Below are positions 38,581 through 49,649 of a stretch of DNA of 64,000 nucleotides, piece after piece. The translations under genes were made by a program, and so were the position numbers. Source of the DNA: an uncultured Ignavibacteriota bacterium (lineage in GTDB: Bacteria; Bacteroidota; Ignavibacteria; Palsa-1295); NCBI GenBank assembly GCA_903900335.1, contig CAIUMP010000044.1, positions 98,686-162,685 of the forward strand, written 5' to 3'. Numbering within the stretch: position 1 is the first letter of the stretch; each line of letters starts with the position of its first letter. The notes beneath the pieces were generated by a model. That model searched no databases and was not told where the DNA came from. It worked only from the letters and a program-made list of their open reading frames with translations.

Positions 38581-38946
38581 ATGAAAAAGATCGGAATCCT
38601 CCTCCTACTCTCCTTCCTCTGTCTTGGATCAAGAGCATCCTTTGCGAATCAGCAGTTCCACGCCGCGGCACCAGTGATTCAGGCCGACACCGTAACGGAC
38701 ACGATTAAAGTGCATGACCTGCGCTGCGGACAGTGCGAGTCGCGGGTTCACCGGGCCATGAAGAAGGTTGCCGGCATCGTGGATGGGTACGCGGATGTCG
38801 AGACACAGACAGTGGTGGTGACATACCTTCCTGCCGTGACGACACGCGCAAAGATCGAGGACATGATCGTTAACACCGGCTATGGTGTTGGCAAAAGGAA
38901 CGGCGACCCCGCCTCGCGGAAGGCATTGCCTTCGTGCTGTAAGTAA
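38581..38946 (+). CDS. Secreted heavy-metal-associated (HMA) domain protein
   Basis: Signal peptide. HMA-like fold region (KVHDLRCGQCESRVHRAMKKVAGI...VVVTY). Confidence 0.55.
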   Translation: MKKIGILLLLSFLCLGSRASFANQQFHAAAPVIQADTVTDTIKVHDLRCGQCESRVHRAMKKVAGIVDGYADVETQTVVVTYLPAVTTRAKIEDMIVNTGYGVGKRNGDPASRKALPSCCK

Positions 38947-39149
38947 TATTGAAGCGCGGGGCGACGCGCGTTGCGCTGCCTGGTTTTTTCTGAGACCTAA
39001 GACCTGTGCGTCCCGCTCAGGCCGCGTTTGAGTGCGAAGTAGATGTGTTCCGCATCCGCCACTTCCATGCAACCGCGGAGCGGCCTTGTGCTGTTGTCGC
39101 ACATCGTATATTTCCTTTGGTCGTCAACAGAACTTAGCAGAATCTCCAA

Positions 39150-40979
39150 TTGAACCCATTTCGCTACTTCCGGACATGCCTTGCGACGATCGCAATGGTT
39201 TTGCTCACTAGCCTCCCCGCCGCCTCGCAGACAAAGACCTACTTCAAGGATGTCCGCGTATTTGACGGCTTGAATCTTCTTCCCTCGACCAACGTGCTTG
39301 TCGAAGGAGAGAAGATCACTCGGATGGGCCACAGCATCGATGTGCCCTCGGACGCGACGGTCATCGATGGGGCCGGAAAGACACTAATGCCCGGTCTCAT
39401 AGACGCACACTGCCATGTTTATGGCTCCGCGCTTGAAGATGCTATCGAAACTGGTGTGACAACAGAACTTGACATGTTCACTGACGCAAAGATGGCGGAG
39501 AGCGTTCGAACAGAACAGGAAGCAGGCAGGATGCTTGATCGAGCCGATCTCTACTCGGCCGGCACGCTGGTTACCGCGCCCGGTGGTCACGGCACGGAAT
39601 ATGGCTTTGCAATCCCGACTCTCTCGTCACCCGACTCCGCGCAGATCTTCGTGGATGCTCGGTTAGCAGAGGGATCGGATTATATCAAGATCGTCCTGGA
39701 CAACGGCGGAATATTTGGAAGGAAGATCCCTACACTAAGCATTGCGACGGTGCGTGCTGTTGTAGAAGCCGCGCACAAACGAGGCCGCCTCGCGGTAGCG
39801 CACATCGGGTCGCTTCAGGAGGCGCGGGAAGCAATCGAAGCGGGCGTGGATGGCCTAATGCACGCGCCGTCCGATGTCGTCCCGGATAAGGCATTCATCA
39901 AGCTTGCACGAGAGCATGGAGTCTTTGTTTGCCCAACGCTTTCCGTTATCAATTCCGCGACAGGTGGTAGCAATGCGGCGATCGTCACCGATACCAACGT
40001 CGTACGGTACGCAACGAAAGCGAACATTGAAAATCTGGAGAAGTCATTTCCCCACTCCGCCACTGCTACGGCAAATTACAATGCGGCCTCAGCAGCCACG
40101 AAGATGCTTCAGCTCGGCCACGTTCCGATCCTCGCCGGAACAGACGCCCCGAACCCGGGGACTGCACATGGTGTGGGACTTCATCGTGAGTTAGAGCTTT
40201 TGGTGCAGGCAGGCCTTACACCCGTTCATGCACTTGCGGCTGCCACCGGTAATGCGGCAGATGCCTTCCATCTGCGGGATCGAGGTCACATCGGAGTTGG
40301 ATTCCGTGCAGATCTCCTGTTGGTGAAAGGTGATCCAACAACGAACATCACGGATAGCCGGGCAATCGTTGGTGTATGGAAACGCGGACACGCACTGGAT
40401 CGAACGGCCTACCTTGCAGCCGTGGCGAACGAACAAAGTAGTGCGACACCCAAGCCCGCAGCGTCTATTCCGGCCGGCTTTGGAGATGGTCTTATCAGCA
40501 ACTTCGAGGACGGAACGACAGCCGCTCACTTTGGCGCTGGGTGGTCGGTTTCGACCGACGCCATTGCCGGCGGCAACTCTGTCGCGGTGGACACCGTCAT
40601 CAACGACGGTGCCGATGGTAGCAAGAAATCACTCTTGGTGAAGGGTGAGATCAAGACCGTGTTTCAATATCCCTGGGCAGGGGTGATGTTCTCACCTGGG
40701 ATCGGAGTCATGAAACCAGCAGACCTCTCCTCAAAGAAGAGTCTCAATTTTTGGTGCAAGGGAGACGGAGCGACCTATCGCATAATGATATACACAAAGC
40801 GAGGTGGCTATATCCCCGCGGTCAAAGGTATTCAGATGGTACCGAAGTGGAAGCAATATTCGCTGCCATTCGCGAGTTTCGACGGTGTTGATAGCAAAGA
40901 GATCATGTCGATCATTTTCTGCGCAGGCACGGACCCAGGATTGTTTCAGTTTCAACTGGATGAGGTCAAGTTGAACTGA
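39150..40979 (+). CDS. Secreted amidohydrolase-family protein with C-terminal beta-sandwich (CBM/CIA30-like) domain
   Basis: Signal peptide. Metal-binding LIDAHCHV and amidohydrolase fold. About 180-aa C-terminal extension of unknown function. Confidence 0.6.
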   Translation: MNPFRYFRTCLATIAMVLLTSLPAASQTKTYFKDVRVFDGLNLLPSTNVLVEGEKITRMGHSIDVPSDATVIDGAGKTLMPGLIDAHCHVYGSALEDAIETGVTTELDMFTDAKMAESVRTEQEAGRMLDRADLYSAGTLVTAPGGHGTEYGFAIPTLSSPDSAQIFVDARLAEGSDYIKIVLDNGGIFGRKIPTLSIATVRAVVEAAHKRGRLAVAHIGSLQEAREAIEAGVDGLMHAPSDVVPDKAFIKLAREHGVFVCPTLSVINSATGGSNAAIVTDTNVVRYATKANIENLEKSFPHSATATANYNAASAATKMLQLGHVPILAGTDAPNPGTAHGVGLHRELELLVQAGLTPVHALAAATGNAADAFHLRDRGHIGVGFRADLLLVKGDPTTNITDSRAIVGVWKRGHALDRTAYLAAVANEQSSATPKPAASIPAGFGDGLISNFEDGTTAAHFGAGWSVSTDAIAGGNSVAVDTVINDGADGSKKSLLVKGEIKTVFQYPWAGVMFSPGIGVMKPADLSSKKSLNFWCKGDGATYRIMIYTKRGGYIPAVKGIQMVPKWKQYSLPFASFDGVDSKEIMSIIFCAGTDPGLFQFQLDEVKLN

Positions 40980-41067
40980 GATGCTCGTTCATCCGAGTGG
41001 ACTTCCCCTCCAACTGGCAGAGATCATCTTCTGAAATAGTCACGCCACTTCAAACCAGAACACCATT

Positions 41068-41625
41068 ATGTTCGACGTCACACCTGCTCACCTGCATCTA
41101 CTCGTTAACCACGTGCCAGTTATCGGTAGCGTCGCGGCGCTCATGCTTTTAGTATGGGCCATGATTCGAAACAACGCCGAGCTAAAAAGGACGGCCCTGA
41201 TCGGATTCGTACTGGTTGGAATTTCTGCTTTCGTTGCGGATGCCACTGGAGATGGGGCCGCCCACATGATCAAAGGACTGCCTGAAATAGAGCGTGCGAA
41301 GGTGCATGAACACGAAGAAGCTGCGGATTATGCGAAAATGGCGTCGGGCGTACTGGCCGCAGTCTCTCTCGTTGGGCTGATCCTCGCTACGCGAAAGAAG
41401 GATGCACCTGGTGCCACTTCCGCCGACGAATACGCACGCCACCACCACGAGCCGAACAAGTGGATCATGATTATTGTACTGTTGATCGGCCTTTTCGATC
41501 TATCCGTACTCTCACGCGTAGCCTATCTCGGCGGCGCCATCCGTCATCCGGAGATCGTGAACGGCTATCAAGCCCCGCCTGCAGGGACCGCAGCGGATTC
41601 TCACCATTCGGAGGAGTCGCACTAA
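41068..41625 (+). CDS. Membrane protein of unknown function (4 TM)
   Basis: Hydropathy pattern. His-rich C-terminus. Confidence 0.4.
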   Translation: MFDVTPAHLHLLVNHVPVIGSVAALMLLVWAMIRNNAELKRTALIGFVLVGISAFVADATGDGAAHMIKGLPEIERAKVHEHEEAADYAKMASGVLAAVSLVGLILATRKKDAPGATSADEYARHHHEPNKWIMIIVLLIGLFDLSVLSRVAYLGGAIRHPEIVNGYQAPPAGTAADSHHSEESH

Positions 41626-41664
41626 GCGACCCGTTCTCGTTCGAACGTCCTCGTTTTCGCTCGA

Positions 41665-43041
41665 TTAGCTCGACATCGAGCGCATGAACTCCTTGTTGTT
41701 CTTGGTGCCGCGCATGCGATCCAAGAGGAATTCCATTGCTTCGACTGGGCGCATATCTGCCAGCAGTTTTCGGATGATCCACGTCCGGTTTAAGTCTTCA
41801 GCGCTAAGAAGAAGCTCCTCGTGGCGAGTGCCGGAGCCATTGACATTGATAGCCGGAAAAATTCTGCGATTGGACAGTTCGCGGTCGAGCTGTACTTCCA
41901 TATTGCCAGTGCCCTTGAACTCCTCGAAGATAACTTCGTCCATGCGCGAGCCTGTCTCAACAAGTGCTGTGGCGATAATGGTAAGTGATCCCCCCTCTTC
42001 GATATTTCGCGCAGCACCAAAGAAGCGCTTCGGACGGTGAAGCGCCATTGCGTCCACACCACCGGAAAGGATCTTGCCAGAGTGCGGCACTACCGTGTTG
42101 TGCGCGCGCGCAAGGCGTGTAATGGAGTCGAGCAGAATGATAACATCTACTTTTGCTTCTGTCAGGCGCTTGGCTTTCTCGATAGCCATATCAGCCACCT
42201 GCACGTGACGCTCCGGCGGTTCATCGAATGTCGATGCAACAACCTCGGCCTTGACCGAGCGCTCCATGTCGGTGACTTCTTCCGGACGCTCATCAATGAG
42301 CAGAACGATCAGCTTTGCCTCGGGATGATTGCGAGAGATCGAGTTCGCAATCTTTTGAAGGATGACCGTCTTACCTGACTTTGGAGGAGAAACGATCAAT
42401 CCGCGCTGGCCGAACCCGATCGGACATACGATGTCCATGATACGCATGGTGTACTCACCTGGCGAGGTTTCCAGCGTCAGGTGGCGGTTCGGATAGAGTG
42501 GCGTGAGATTGTCAAAGAGCGGACGATCCTTCGCAAAGTCGCTCGGCATATAGTTGAGCTTGTCCACGCGAAGCAGTGCGAAGAAACGCTCGCCTTCCTT
42601 TGGAGGGCGAACAGCGCCCTCAATGGTGTCACCCGTTCGGAGATTGAACTTCTTGACTTGCGATGGGGAGACGTAAATATCGTCGGGGGAAGGAAGATAG
42701 TTATAGTCCGGTGAACGGAGAAAGCCATAACCATCTGGAAGGAGTTCGAGAACTCCGCCGGCAGGGGTGCCACCGTCATCTTCTTTCGGCTGGGAGGTGC
42801 CGTTCATGCCGACCGGCATCGACTGCCGCTTGGTTGCGTCGGACTCAAGGATACGAAATATGAGCTCTTGCTTACGCATGTCTGCGTAACCTTCGATCCC
42901 GAGATGTTTTGCAAGATCGTTCAATTCGACGATCTTCTTGCTTTTCAGTTCAGCTGCATTGAGTGCTGCCATGGTTCTGTAAATAGACGTTGCTATAGGG
43001 ATTGGTGCCATTCGAAGGCCTGTGGAAGAGCATTCAACCAC
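41665..43041 (-). CDS. rho: Transcription termination factor Rho
   Basis: RNA-binding and ATPase motifs ([17 protein letters not shown], etc.). Extended N-terminus. Conserved start probably at 42972 ([12 protein letters not shown]). Confidence 0.9.
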   Translation of the reverse strand: MVECSSTGLRMAPIPIATSIYRTMAALNAAELKSKKIVELNDLAKHLGIEGYADMRKQELIFRILESDATKRQSMPVGMNGTSQPKEDDGGTPAGGVLELLPDGYGFLRSPDYNYLPSPDDIYVSPSQVKKFNLRTGDTIEGAVRPPKEGERFFALLRVDKLNYMPSDFAKDRPLFDNLTPLYPNRHLTLETSPGEYTMRIMDIVCPIGFGQRGLIVSPPKSGKTVILQKIANSISRNHPEAKLIVLLIDERPEEVTDMERSVKAEVVASTFDEPPERHVQVADMAIEKAKRLTEAKVDVIILLDSITRLARAHNTVVPHSGKILSGGVDAMALHRPKRFFGAARNIEEGGSLTIIATALVETGSRMDEVIFEEFKGTGNMEVQLDRELSNRRIFPAINVNGSGTRHEELLLSAEDLNRTWIIRKLLADMRPVEAMEFLLDRMRGTKNNKEFMRSMSS

Positions 43042-43587
43042 GTTAGACTTCGAAAGCCGAAAATATCAGAGCGTCTCGTTGTCCCACGGAGCGGGGCAAG
43101 AAGGAGGCTTAGAATGAGGTAACGGTACCTAGAAACGATGAATACTAAAAATTAGCGGTGTCCCGTCCGGCGTGGTGCTAGGCACAATGCCGAATGTGAG
43201 GCGCAACCCAGTGGATTGCCGAAGAAACGTTGATCAGCCTGGACCGCACTGCCCAGGGTGCATATTCAAATGGGTGTCAGCAAAGGATTGCATTCGTAAT
43301 CAGAGAGTGGCGGTCATCTCGAAGTACGAAGGCCCGATCCGAATGATTCAAATTCCTGGCGTGCCAGCCACCGTGAATGGGATAGTCCTATAGCTACAAG
43401 GAGATTCTCTCTTTGGCTGACCACCATCAAACTGTTGGATCATCCACGAAGCGACCGGAGGTATAGGCGTATGAGCCTCAGGGGACAGAACTATGCTGTC
43501 TAGAACACAAACAGACTGCGTAATTAGCCAATATCGAGCAATTTCGCAGATTTTGGGCTTTGTGTTCCATGTTAGAACCCAGCTACT

Positions 43588-44820
43588 TTAGGTAAAGTTC
43601 TTAAGAAATTCCCCCACAACATAATGCGATCCGCTTACTAACACAACACCTCCATCGGTCGCATTGGCCAGAGCCCATGACACTCCATCCATTACACCGC
43701 CAGCGTCGACCGTACAGATCGCTTGCCGTTGTGCTGCGTCAAAGAGCTCGCGACTCGACAGCGCGCGGGGTGTCTCCGCATTGACCGCTACTAATTCGGA
43801 GACAAATTCCCCCAAAGTAACGAGAGCTGCCGTTACATCTTTATCTCGCATGATTCCGAATACCGTGATAGGACGGAGGTGCAACTCCTGAAAGAATTTC
43901 TTGACCTCTTCCAGAGCATCTGCATTGTGCCCAACATCGAGGAAGAGACGAATTCCACGAGATTCTAGATCGGGTGCGAAAAACTCCTCCATTCGACCTC
44001 GGAGTCCTGTTAAGATCGAAGTCCTTGCTATGCCATCCTGTACTGCTTTCTGGGACGGCGGATGCGGAAGGACAGAACACGCCGCGAGGACCGTCCGAAG
44101 ATTAGACTCCTGGAATTCACCAAGCAACGAAGGCCGCAGTGTGGCAAAGACTTCTGGTGCCTCAAACTCTCTCACGAACTGGATGGTGGCCCCCACTTCC
44201 GTGGCTCTCTCCGCGAATACCTTTTCCAACTCCGGTAAGCATTGCACGACGGCGGGCACGGTGGCCTTTAATATTCCGGCCTTCTCCGTAGCGATCAATG
44301 GCAGGGTATCCCCAAGTTGCTGCTGATGGTCGAGCCCGATAGATGTAATGACCGCGACCAGTGGCCGTTCAAGCACATTGGTAGCGTCGAGCCTTCCACC
44401 CAGCCCGGTCTCAATGACCGCTATGTCCACCCCGTGACGAGCAAAGTGGTCGAAAGCCATGGCTGTAGTCACTTCGAAGAAAGTTGCCTTCAGCTCCTCA
44501 ATCTTCGACCAACAACGACTCAGAAATTCCCCCACTTCGGCCTCAGTGATCACCTCACCATCAATTCGGATCCGCTCACGAAATTCAACCAAGTGAGGGG
44601 AGGTGAAGAGTCCCGTCTTTTTGCCATCTGCCGTATGAATGGCCGCCAGCATTGAGGATACGCTCCCCTTCCCATTCGTGCCTGCAACGTGGATGGATGG
44701 GACTTTTCGGTCGGGTCTTCCAAGGAATTCGAGCAGGCTCGAAATATTTTCCAGCCCGAGCTTCATTCCGAAGAACTCGAGTTGGAAGAGATCGTGGAGA
44801 CGGGAGGAGTAAGGATTCAT
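43588..44820 (-). CDS. folC: Bifunctional folylpolyglutamate synthase / dihydrofolate synthase
   Basis: P-loop VAGTNGKGS and Mur-ligase family architecture. Confidence 0.75.
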   Translation of the reverse strand: MNPYSSRLHDLFQLEFFGMKLGLENISSLLEFLGRPDRKVPSIHVAGTNGKGSVSSMLAAIHTADGKKTGLFTSPHLVEFRERIRIDGEVITEAEVGEFLSRCWSKIEELKATFFEVTTAMAFDHFARHGVDIAVIETGLGGRLDATNVLERPLVAVITSIGLDHQQQLGDTLPLIATEKAGILKATVPAVVQCLPELEKVFAERATEVGATIQFVREFEAPEVFATLRPSLLGEFQESNLRTVLAACSVLPHPPSQKAVQDGIARTSILTGLRGRMEEFFAPDLESRGIRLFLDVGHNADALEEVKKFFQELHLRPITVFGIMRDKDVTAALVTLGEFVSELVAVNAETPRALSSRELFDAAQRQAICTVDAGGVMDGVSWALANATDGGVVLVSGSHYVVGEFLKNFT

Positions 44821-45245
44821 GAGTTTGGGTCGATAGCTTCGGTTTCGAAAGCGACTTCGTAAGTCCTCGCGTATAGCCTGGAAAACATTAATCCCAGAAC
44901 GGATCCCATCACGAGTATCAAGAGGAATTCGAAATTATCGAACGCGTCCTTTAGTCCAATTGTCGCTTTTGCCATTAACCAAAATGCGAACGCCTCGACT
45001 ACACCGGTGATTGCACTCTGGACAATTAACGCCCTTCTCGAAGTGGGTTGCAAAACTCTCCGGATGCCTTCACACCCAAATGTAGCCAACATGTATAGTG
45101 GGACCATGACAAGAAGTATCACCTGCCATCCCCATATCAGCATAAGCATGAGATCTCCCCAAGAACCAACGATGACCCAAGAGATAATTAGAGAAAGCAG
45201 GGTCATGCGAATAGCCACCTTACATGCTAATTCGAGCATATTCAA
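44817..45245 (-). CDS. Small membrane protein (4 TM) of unknown function
   Basis: Hydrophobic ORF overlapping the folC start by 4 nt. Confidence 0.35.
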   Translation of the reverse strand: MNMLELACKVAIRMTLLSLIISWVIVGSWGDLMLMLIWGWQVILLVMVPLYMLATFGCEGIRRVLQPTSRRALIVQSAITGVVEAFAFWLMAKATIGLKDAFDNFEFLLILVMGSVLGLMFSRLYARTYEVAFETEAIDPNS

Positions 45246-45457
45246 AGATCGTCCGTCAATTGATTTGCGAAAATTTCAGCCATTATGTCCCCTTCCCCAT
45301 CACCGCTTCGATCCAAGCAGCCTAACGATATTGCAGAGCATCGTCCTCCAACTGGAGTGGGATCCATTGGGCCGAGTCTCCAAAAGCTAGGGTCACGGGC
45401 TACGCGCTCATTTGGGGCTCCTGGCGCTGTTGAAGTACCGCGCGTCGGTCGGCAGAG

Positions 45458-46168
45458 TCAATCCCATGACAGTTTCCTACGCCTGGCGAGCGTCCAACCG
45501 CCCTCAGAGAAGTTGCCGCCTTCCACCTTGTCGTTGAAATACTCGGAATTTGCCGGATAGCTGTGGCGGTTGCGTGCCGCGTAACCGCCAGCGGCGAGTG
45601 TGCTGGAGTTGTCGTGTCGCACCGGGATCTCGGTGCGCTCGATGCGTGCGTCGGCTTTTTCGCAGCGACGTTGGTAGTCGTTGTCCTCAAAGTAGGCTGG
45701 GTGGAAAGCCTCGTCAAACAGACCGACGGTGTCCACGATCTTGTCCCCGATCGTAAAGGCCGACCACGCGGGCTCGCAAGCCGTCAAAGTAAGAGCTGAC
45801 GAGCTGCTGGCCTCGGCCAAACGTTGCAGACTGCCAGCAGGCCAGACCAGGTCAAAGTTGGCAATTAGCCACCACGGCGCGAACGGCGTGGACTTGATTC
45901 CCAGATTCCAAGACCCCGCCACGCCAAAGTTCACGGGCATCGATAGGAGGTGCCTGGTCCGCGCGTAAGGGGTCTGCGCTTGCCGCGGATCCACGACGCG
46001 GCCGTTGTCAATGATCACCAGCTGCTCGACAGGAAAGTCTATGCTGTCAATCATTCTGTAGAGTAGCTCGGGGCGAGCCAGCACCGGCACGATCATCACT
46101 GGGATCACAGGGACGCCTGCGTCTCGGGTAGGAACGTCCTCGTACTTGTCAATCAATTTCATGTACAT
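45458..46168 (-). CDS. GT-A fold (family 2-like) glycosyltransferase
   Basis: VIPVMIVPVLARPELLYRMIDSI...QLVIIDNG resembles the GT2 N-terminal motif. Locally higher GC. Confidence 0.45.
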   Translation of the reverse strand: MYMKLIDKYEDVPTRDAGVPVIPVMIVPVLARPELLYRMIDSIDFPVEQLVIIDNGRVVDPRQAQTPYARTRHLLSMPVNFGVAGSWNLGIKSTPFAPWWLIANFDLVWPAGSLQRLAEASSSSALTLTACEPAWSAFTIGDKIVDTVGLFDEAFHPAYFEDNDYQRRCEKADARIERTEIPVRHDNSSTLAAGGYAARNRHSYPANSEYFNDKVEGGNFSEGGWTLARRRKLSWD

Positions 46169-46209
46169 CGAACATCACATTTTCCCCCTCTGGTTCAAGT
46201 TCAGACCTC

Positions 46210-47925
46210 CTACCCCATCGCCTCATCAATCAACGCCCGCGCGTTTTGCAGTGAACTCCTCGAGACCTCCGCACCAGAAATTAAGCGAGCCACCTCCTCA
46301 GCATGTTCCTTCTCGCTTAGTCTGCGAAGTCGTGACGAAGTGGAGCCCTTATCTGAGAGTTTCTCCGCAAGAAAATGAGCATCTCCAAAGGCAGCGATCT
46401 GTGCAAGATGCGTGATGGAGATGATCTGATGATCGGCGGCGAGGTTCTTCATTGCACGCCCGACACGCTGCGCGACGCGGCCCGATATGCCAATATCTAT
46501 CTCGTCAAAGACGAGTAGCGGAAGTTTGTCCGACTTTGCGAGAATAGTTTTGAGAGCAAGCATGATGCGGGAGATCTCTCCGCCGGAGGCCACTCGTGCG
46601 AGCGGCTTTGGCTTCTCTCCGGCATTTGTGGAAATGAAGAACTCGATATCATCAACACCTCGCGAGTTTGCGGCGAAGTTCGTTCCGTTAATAGCAAGCG
46701 CAATGTCGCTGCTTTCGGATGCAACAGCGCGTTCGATCTTCACCTCAAACGCAGAGTGCTCAATTCCGAGTGTCTTTAGTATCTCCACGATCTGTGGCCC
46801 GATCTGCTCCGAGACTTTCGCGCGTGCCTTCGAGAGCTTCTTCGCAATCCCGGCAAGCGCCGTTCGTCGCTTTTCGATCTCGCGCTGCTTCTCCGAGATG
46901 ATGGCATCGAATTCCTCTTCGAAAGATAACTTCGCTTCAAGCTCCGATTTCTTAAGAAGCACAGCATCCAGCGTTCCACCGAATTTCTTCTTGAGTCGCT
47001 GAATTTGATGGGCGCGATCTCGGAATCCGTCCAGCTTTTCGGGATCAAGTTCCACGCGTTCGGCATAGCGGCTGATCCATGTCGATAGTTCGGCAACAAT
47101 TGCGAGCGCGGATTGCGCCTCTGTGAGTGGCTCCGTTAACGTTGCATCAATATCCCGAAGCTTCGTAAGCTGCTCTTTGACAAGACCGAGCCGCTCATAC
47201 GCCGAACCATCAATCTCGTATAGCGCCTCGTGAATCTTGAGCGCGGAGTCACGCAACTCCTCGGCATTCTCCAGAACGAGAAGCTCCTGCTCGATCTTCG
47301 TGTCTTCGTCTGCTTCTGGATCAATTGTGAGGATCTCCTGCAATTGAAACTCATACAGATCGTGCTCCTCGCTGAGCTTCGCTTCTCTGCTCTTCAATTC
47401 TCTAAGCTCACTAACAAGAGAAAGCAAGACCGTGCGTTCAACTTGGTAGCGTTCGACATCAGCAACCAATCCCCCGAACTCATCGAGCATTCGAATGTGA
47501 TGGTGGGGATGTAGCAGTGATTGGTGCTCGTGTTGGCCATGAAGATCAACGAGATAATTACCCAGCTCTTTAAGCAGAGTAGTGCTTGCGGGTGAATCGT
47601 TGACATATCCGCGCGAAGACGCCTTCGTTGTAACCTCACGCCGCAGGACAATTGCATCGCCGTTAGGCTCGATCTCTTTCTCGGCGAGGAATTTTACCAG
47701 GTTAGGATTTCCGGCAATATCAAACTCCGCTTCAACGATCGCCTTATCCGCGCCAGTGCGAATGAAATCCGGGACCGCCCGCTCGCCGATGAGCAACCCA
47801 AACGCGCCCAGTACAATGGACTTGCCCGCTCCGGTCTCACCGGTAATAATATTGAGTCCACGCTCGAAGGTGACGGTGAACTCCTCGATGAGCGCGTAGT
47901 TCTTGATGTAGAGCGAGCGGAGCAC
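46210..47925 (-). CDS. recN: DNA repair protein RecN
   Basis: Walker A GETGAGKSI. Long coiled coil. C-terminal signature/Walker B region. GTG start at 47925. Confidence 0.85.
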   Translation of the reverse strand: MLRSLYIKNYALIEEFTVTFERGLNIITGETGAGKSIVLGAFGLLIGERAVPDFIRTGADKAIVEAEFDIAGNPNLVKFLAEKEIEPNGDAIVLRREVTTKASSRGYVNDSPASTTLLKELGNYLVDLHGQHEHQSLLHPHHHIRMLDEFGGLVADVERYQVERTVLLSLVSELRELKSREAKLSEEHDLYEFQLQEILTIDPEADEDTKIEQELLVLENAEELRDSALKIHEALYEIDGSAYERLGLVKEQLTKLRDIDATLTEPLTEAQSALAIVAELSTWISRYAERVELDPEKLDGFRDRAHQIQRLKKKFGGTLDAVLLKKSELEAKLSFEEEFDAIISEKQREIEKRRTALAGIAKKLSKARAKVSEQIGPQIVEILKTLGIEHSAFEVKIERAVASESSDIALAINGTNFAANSRGVDDIEFFISTNAGEKPKPLARVASGGEISRIMLALKTILAKSDKLPLLVFDEIDIGISGRVAQRVGRAMKNLAADHQIISITHLAQIAAFGDAHFLAEKLSDKGSTSSRLRRLSEKEHAEEVARLISGAEVSRSSLQNARALIDEAMG

Positions 47926-47930
47926 GGGGA

Positions 47931-47958
47931 ATTATGAATGATGAATTATGAATGATGA
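47931..47958 (-). repeat. Tandem 2 x 14-bp motif TCATCATTCATAAT (copy 2, minus orientation) immediately upstream of the recN GTG start
   Basis: Reverse complement of the 29073..29100 element, again followed by (T)CCCC and then the start codon. Confidence 0.85.
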
Positions 47959-48067
47959 GAAGAAAGAGGATTGCCACATCACTTCGTTCCGAATTTAATT
48001 CTACAATGCGAAGAAGGGAAGCTTTCGCCTCCCTTCATAACCCAAAATTCCTAATTCATCATTTCCC

Positions 48068-48409
48068 TTAGGTTGTCTTGCGACGCACGTCCTTCGAACC
48101 GAGGGCGCGGAGATGATAGAGTTTCGCGCGGCGAACCTTACCAGCCTTCACGAAATCGAGCTTTGCGATGCGTGGCGAGTGAAGCGGGAAGATACGCTCA
48201 ACCCCTACACCATTGGAGATCTTGCGAACGGTAAACGTCTCGTTGACGCCCGAACCACGGCGGGAAATGACGATTCCTTCGAAATGCTGGATACGCTCCT
48301 TGTCACCCTCAACGACGCGAACGGAGACGTTCACGGTGTCACCGGCGCGGAATTGCGGTACGTCCTGACGTAACTGGGCGCTCGTAAGAGCATTGATGAT
48401 CTGTTCCAT
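48068..48409 (-). CDS. rplS: 50S ribosomal protein L19
   Basis: Conserved L19 sequence (…[22 protein letters not shown]…). Confidence 0.85.
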   Translation of the reverse strand: MEQIINALTSAQLRQDVPQFRAGDTVNVSVRVVEGDKERIQHFEGIVISRRGSGVNETFTVRKISNGVGVERIFPLHSPRIAKLDFVKAGKVRRAKLYHLRALGSKDVRRKTT

Positions 48410-48533
48410 ATTATTTGTCGTTTCTTTGCGTTTTCTATGTCAGGATAGCGATTTCGCTTTTGATTTGAGTGGGCCGATAACCACGAGCGGGGTTAAGAAG
48501 TTCGCAAATTTGGTTAGAATGTCGGTTGCGCGG

Positions 48534-49352
48534 CTAATACCTCAGTTTCAAGCTCTTTGTCGTCTTATAGACATCACTGCCTCGATGCGTTTCGGTTGTG
48601 GCCTCATACCCAGCGATCATTCCAGTCGCTTCCTCGAAGGAGTAATAGCCCTTAGTTGTCTCTGAGAAGTCTTTCCCGTCTGGCTTACCATTGCGGGCCA
48701 TGTCGTAGTTCAAGCTCCAAATGATCTTAGGATCAGCATCGGTGCCAGCGGACACTACGTAGTTCGCGATCGTCTGCATTTGTTGGGTCTGCGGAGCGCC
48801 GGGTCTAGAGTTCTTTGCTGCGCTTACCGGGCGACCCTGCACAGGAATCGTATCGTGCCAGGAGTAGCCGTCATAGAATGATTCACGCTGTGGGAAGCGA
48901 TAAAGAGTTTGTCGTAACGTGCGTTCAAGGATTTGCTCTTGATTAAGCTTCTGAACACTCGCGTCATAGCTGGTGTCATCTCGGATAATTTTACCGGAGA
49001 TCATCGCGCCCGTTGGATCAACGGTTATCTCACACTCGGGCACCAAAATTACGTGAGCCGGGGACCAATCTCCTTGCTTCTTGAACGTCGAAAGAATATT
49101 CGAGGCCTTTAACGCGAGTACGAAATTCCCCTGCTTTTCAATGCGTGTTACCGTGACCACAACATCCGCATCGAACGTCTGCTCCATGCCAGAGTTCGGT
49201 GTTCCGGCCTTTGCCTCGGACTTGTACGAAAAATGGTATGCATAACTTTTACCCTGCGGAAGATGATAGCTCCACTTCGGCGATGGCTTTGCTGGGAAGA
49301 GCAACAGTAGTGAAAGCAGTGTGGGAAGAAGGGAAACGCAAAGGCTTATCAT
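48534..49352 (-). CDS. Secreted hypothetical protein
   Basis: Signal peptide at internal Met (MISLCVSLLPTLLSLLLLFPA). Track ORF extends to 49442. Confidence 0.4.
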   Translation of the reverse strand: MISLCVSLLPTLLSLLLLFPAKPSPKWSYHLPQGKSYAYHFSYKSEAKAGTPNSGMEQTFDADVVVTVTRIEKQGNFVLALKASNILSTFKKQGDWSPAHVILVPECEITVDPTGAMISGKIIRDDTSYDASVQKLNQEQILERTLRQTLYRFPQRESFYDGYSWHDTIPVQGRPVSAAKNSRPGAPQTQQMQTIANYVVSAGTDADPKIIWSLNYDMARNGKPDGKDFSETTKGYYSFEEATGMIAGYEATTETHRGSDVYKTTKSLKLRY

Positions 49353-49649
49353 GGGAATTATGACGTTGGATGTAGGCGCCGTACAGTCACGATCGCCAAC
49401 AATTATCTTGCCTAAACCACAACGGTATGTTCTGAGCAACAAGCGGACATGAATATTGTTCCAGACCTTGAGTGGAGGCGGGAGGGCAGGTGCGGTACAG
49501 ATTTTTCATGCGACCCGATTTTTCGTGTTATATTCGTAGTGACGATTTGATACAGGTGGTCTATTCCCTTCAAAAACAGTGATTCTCGAAGTTTTTGAGA
49601 AAATATTGTCAAAGCACTTGCATCTCGAAGATTTATTGCTTAATTTTGA

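Noticed and set aside
43172-43393. 73-aa ORF in the rho leader
   Set aside because: No motifs. Lies in a region expected to be a regulatory 5' leader. Retained only as a possible uORF in the rho finding.
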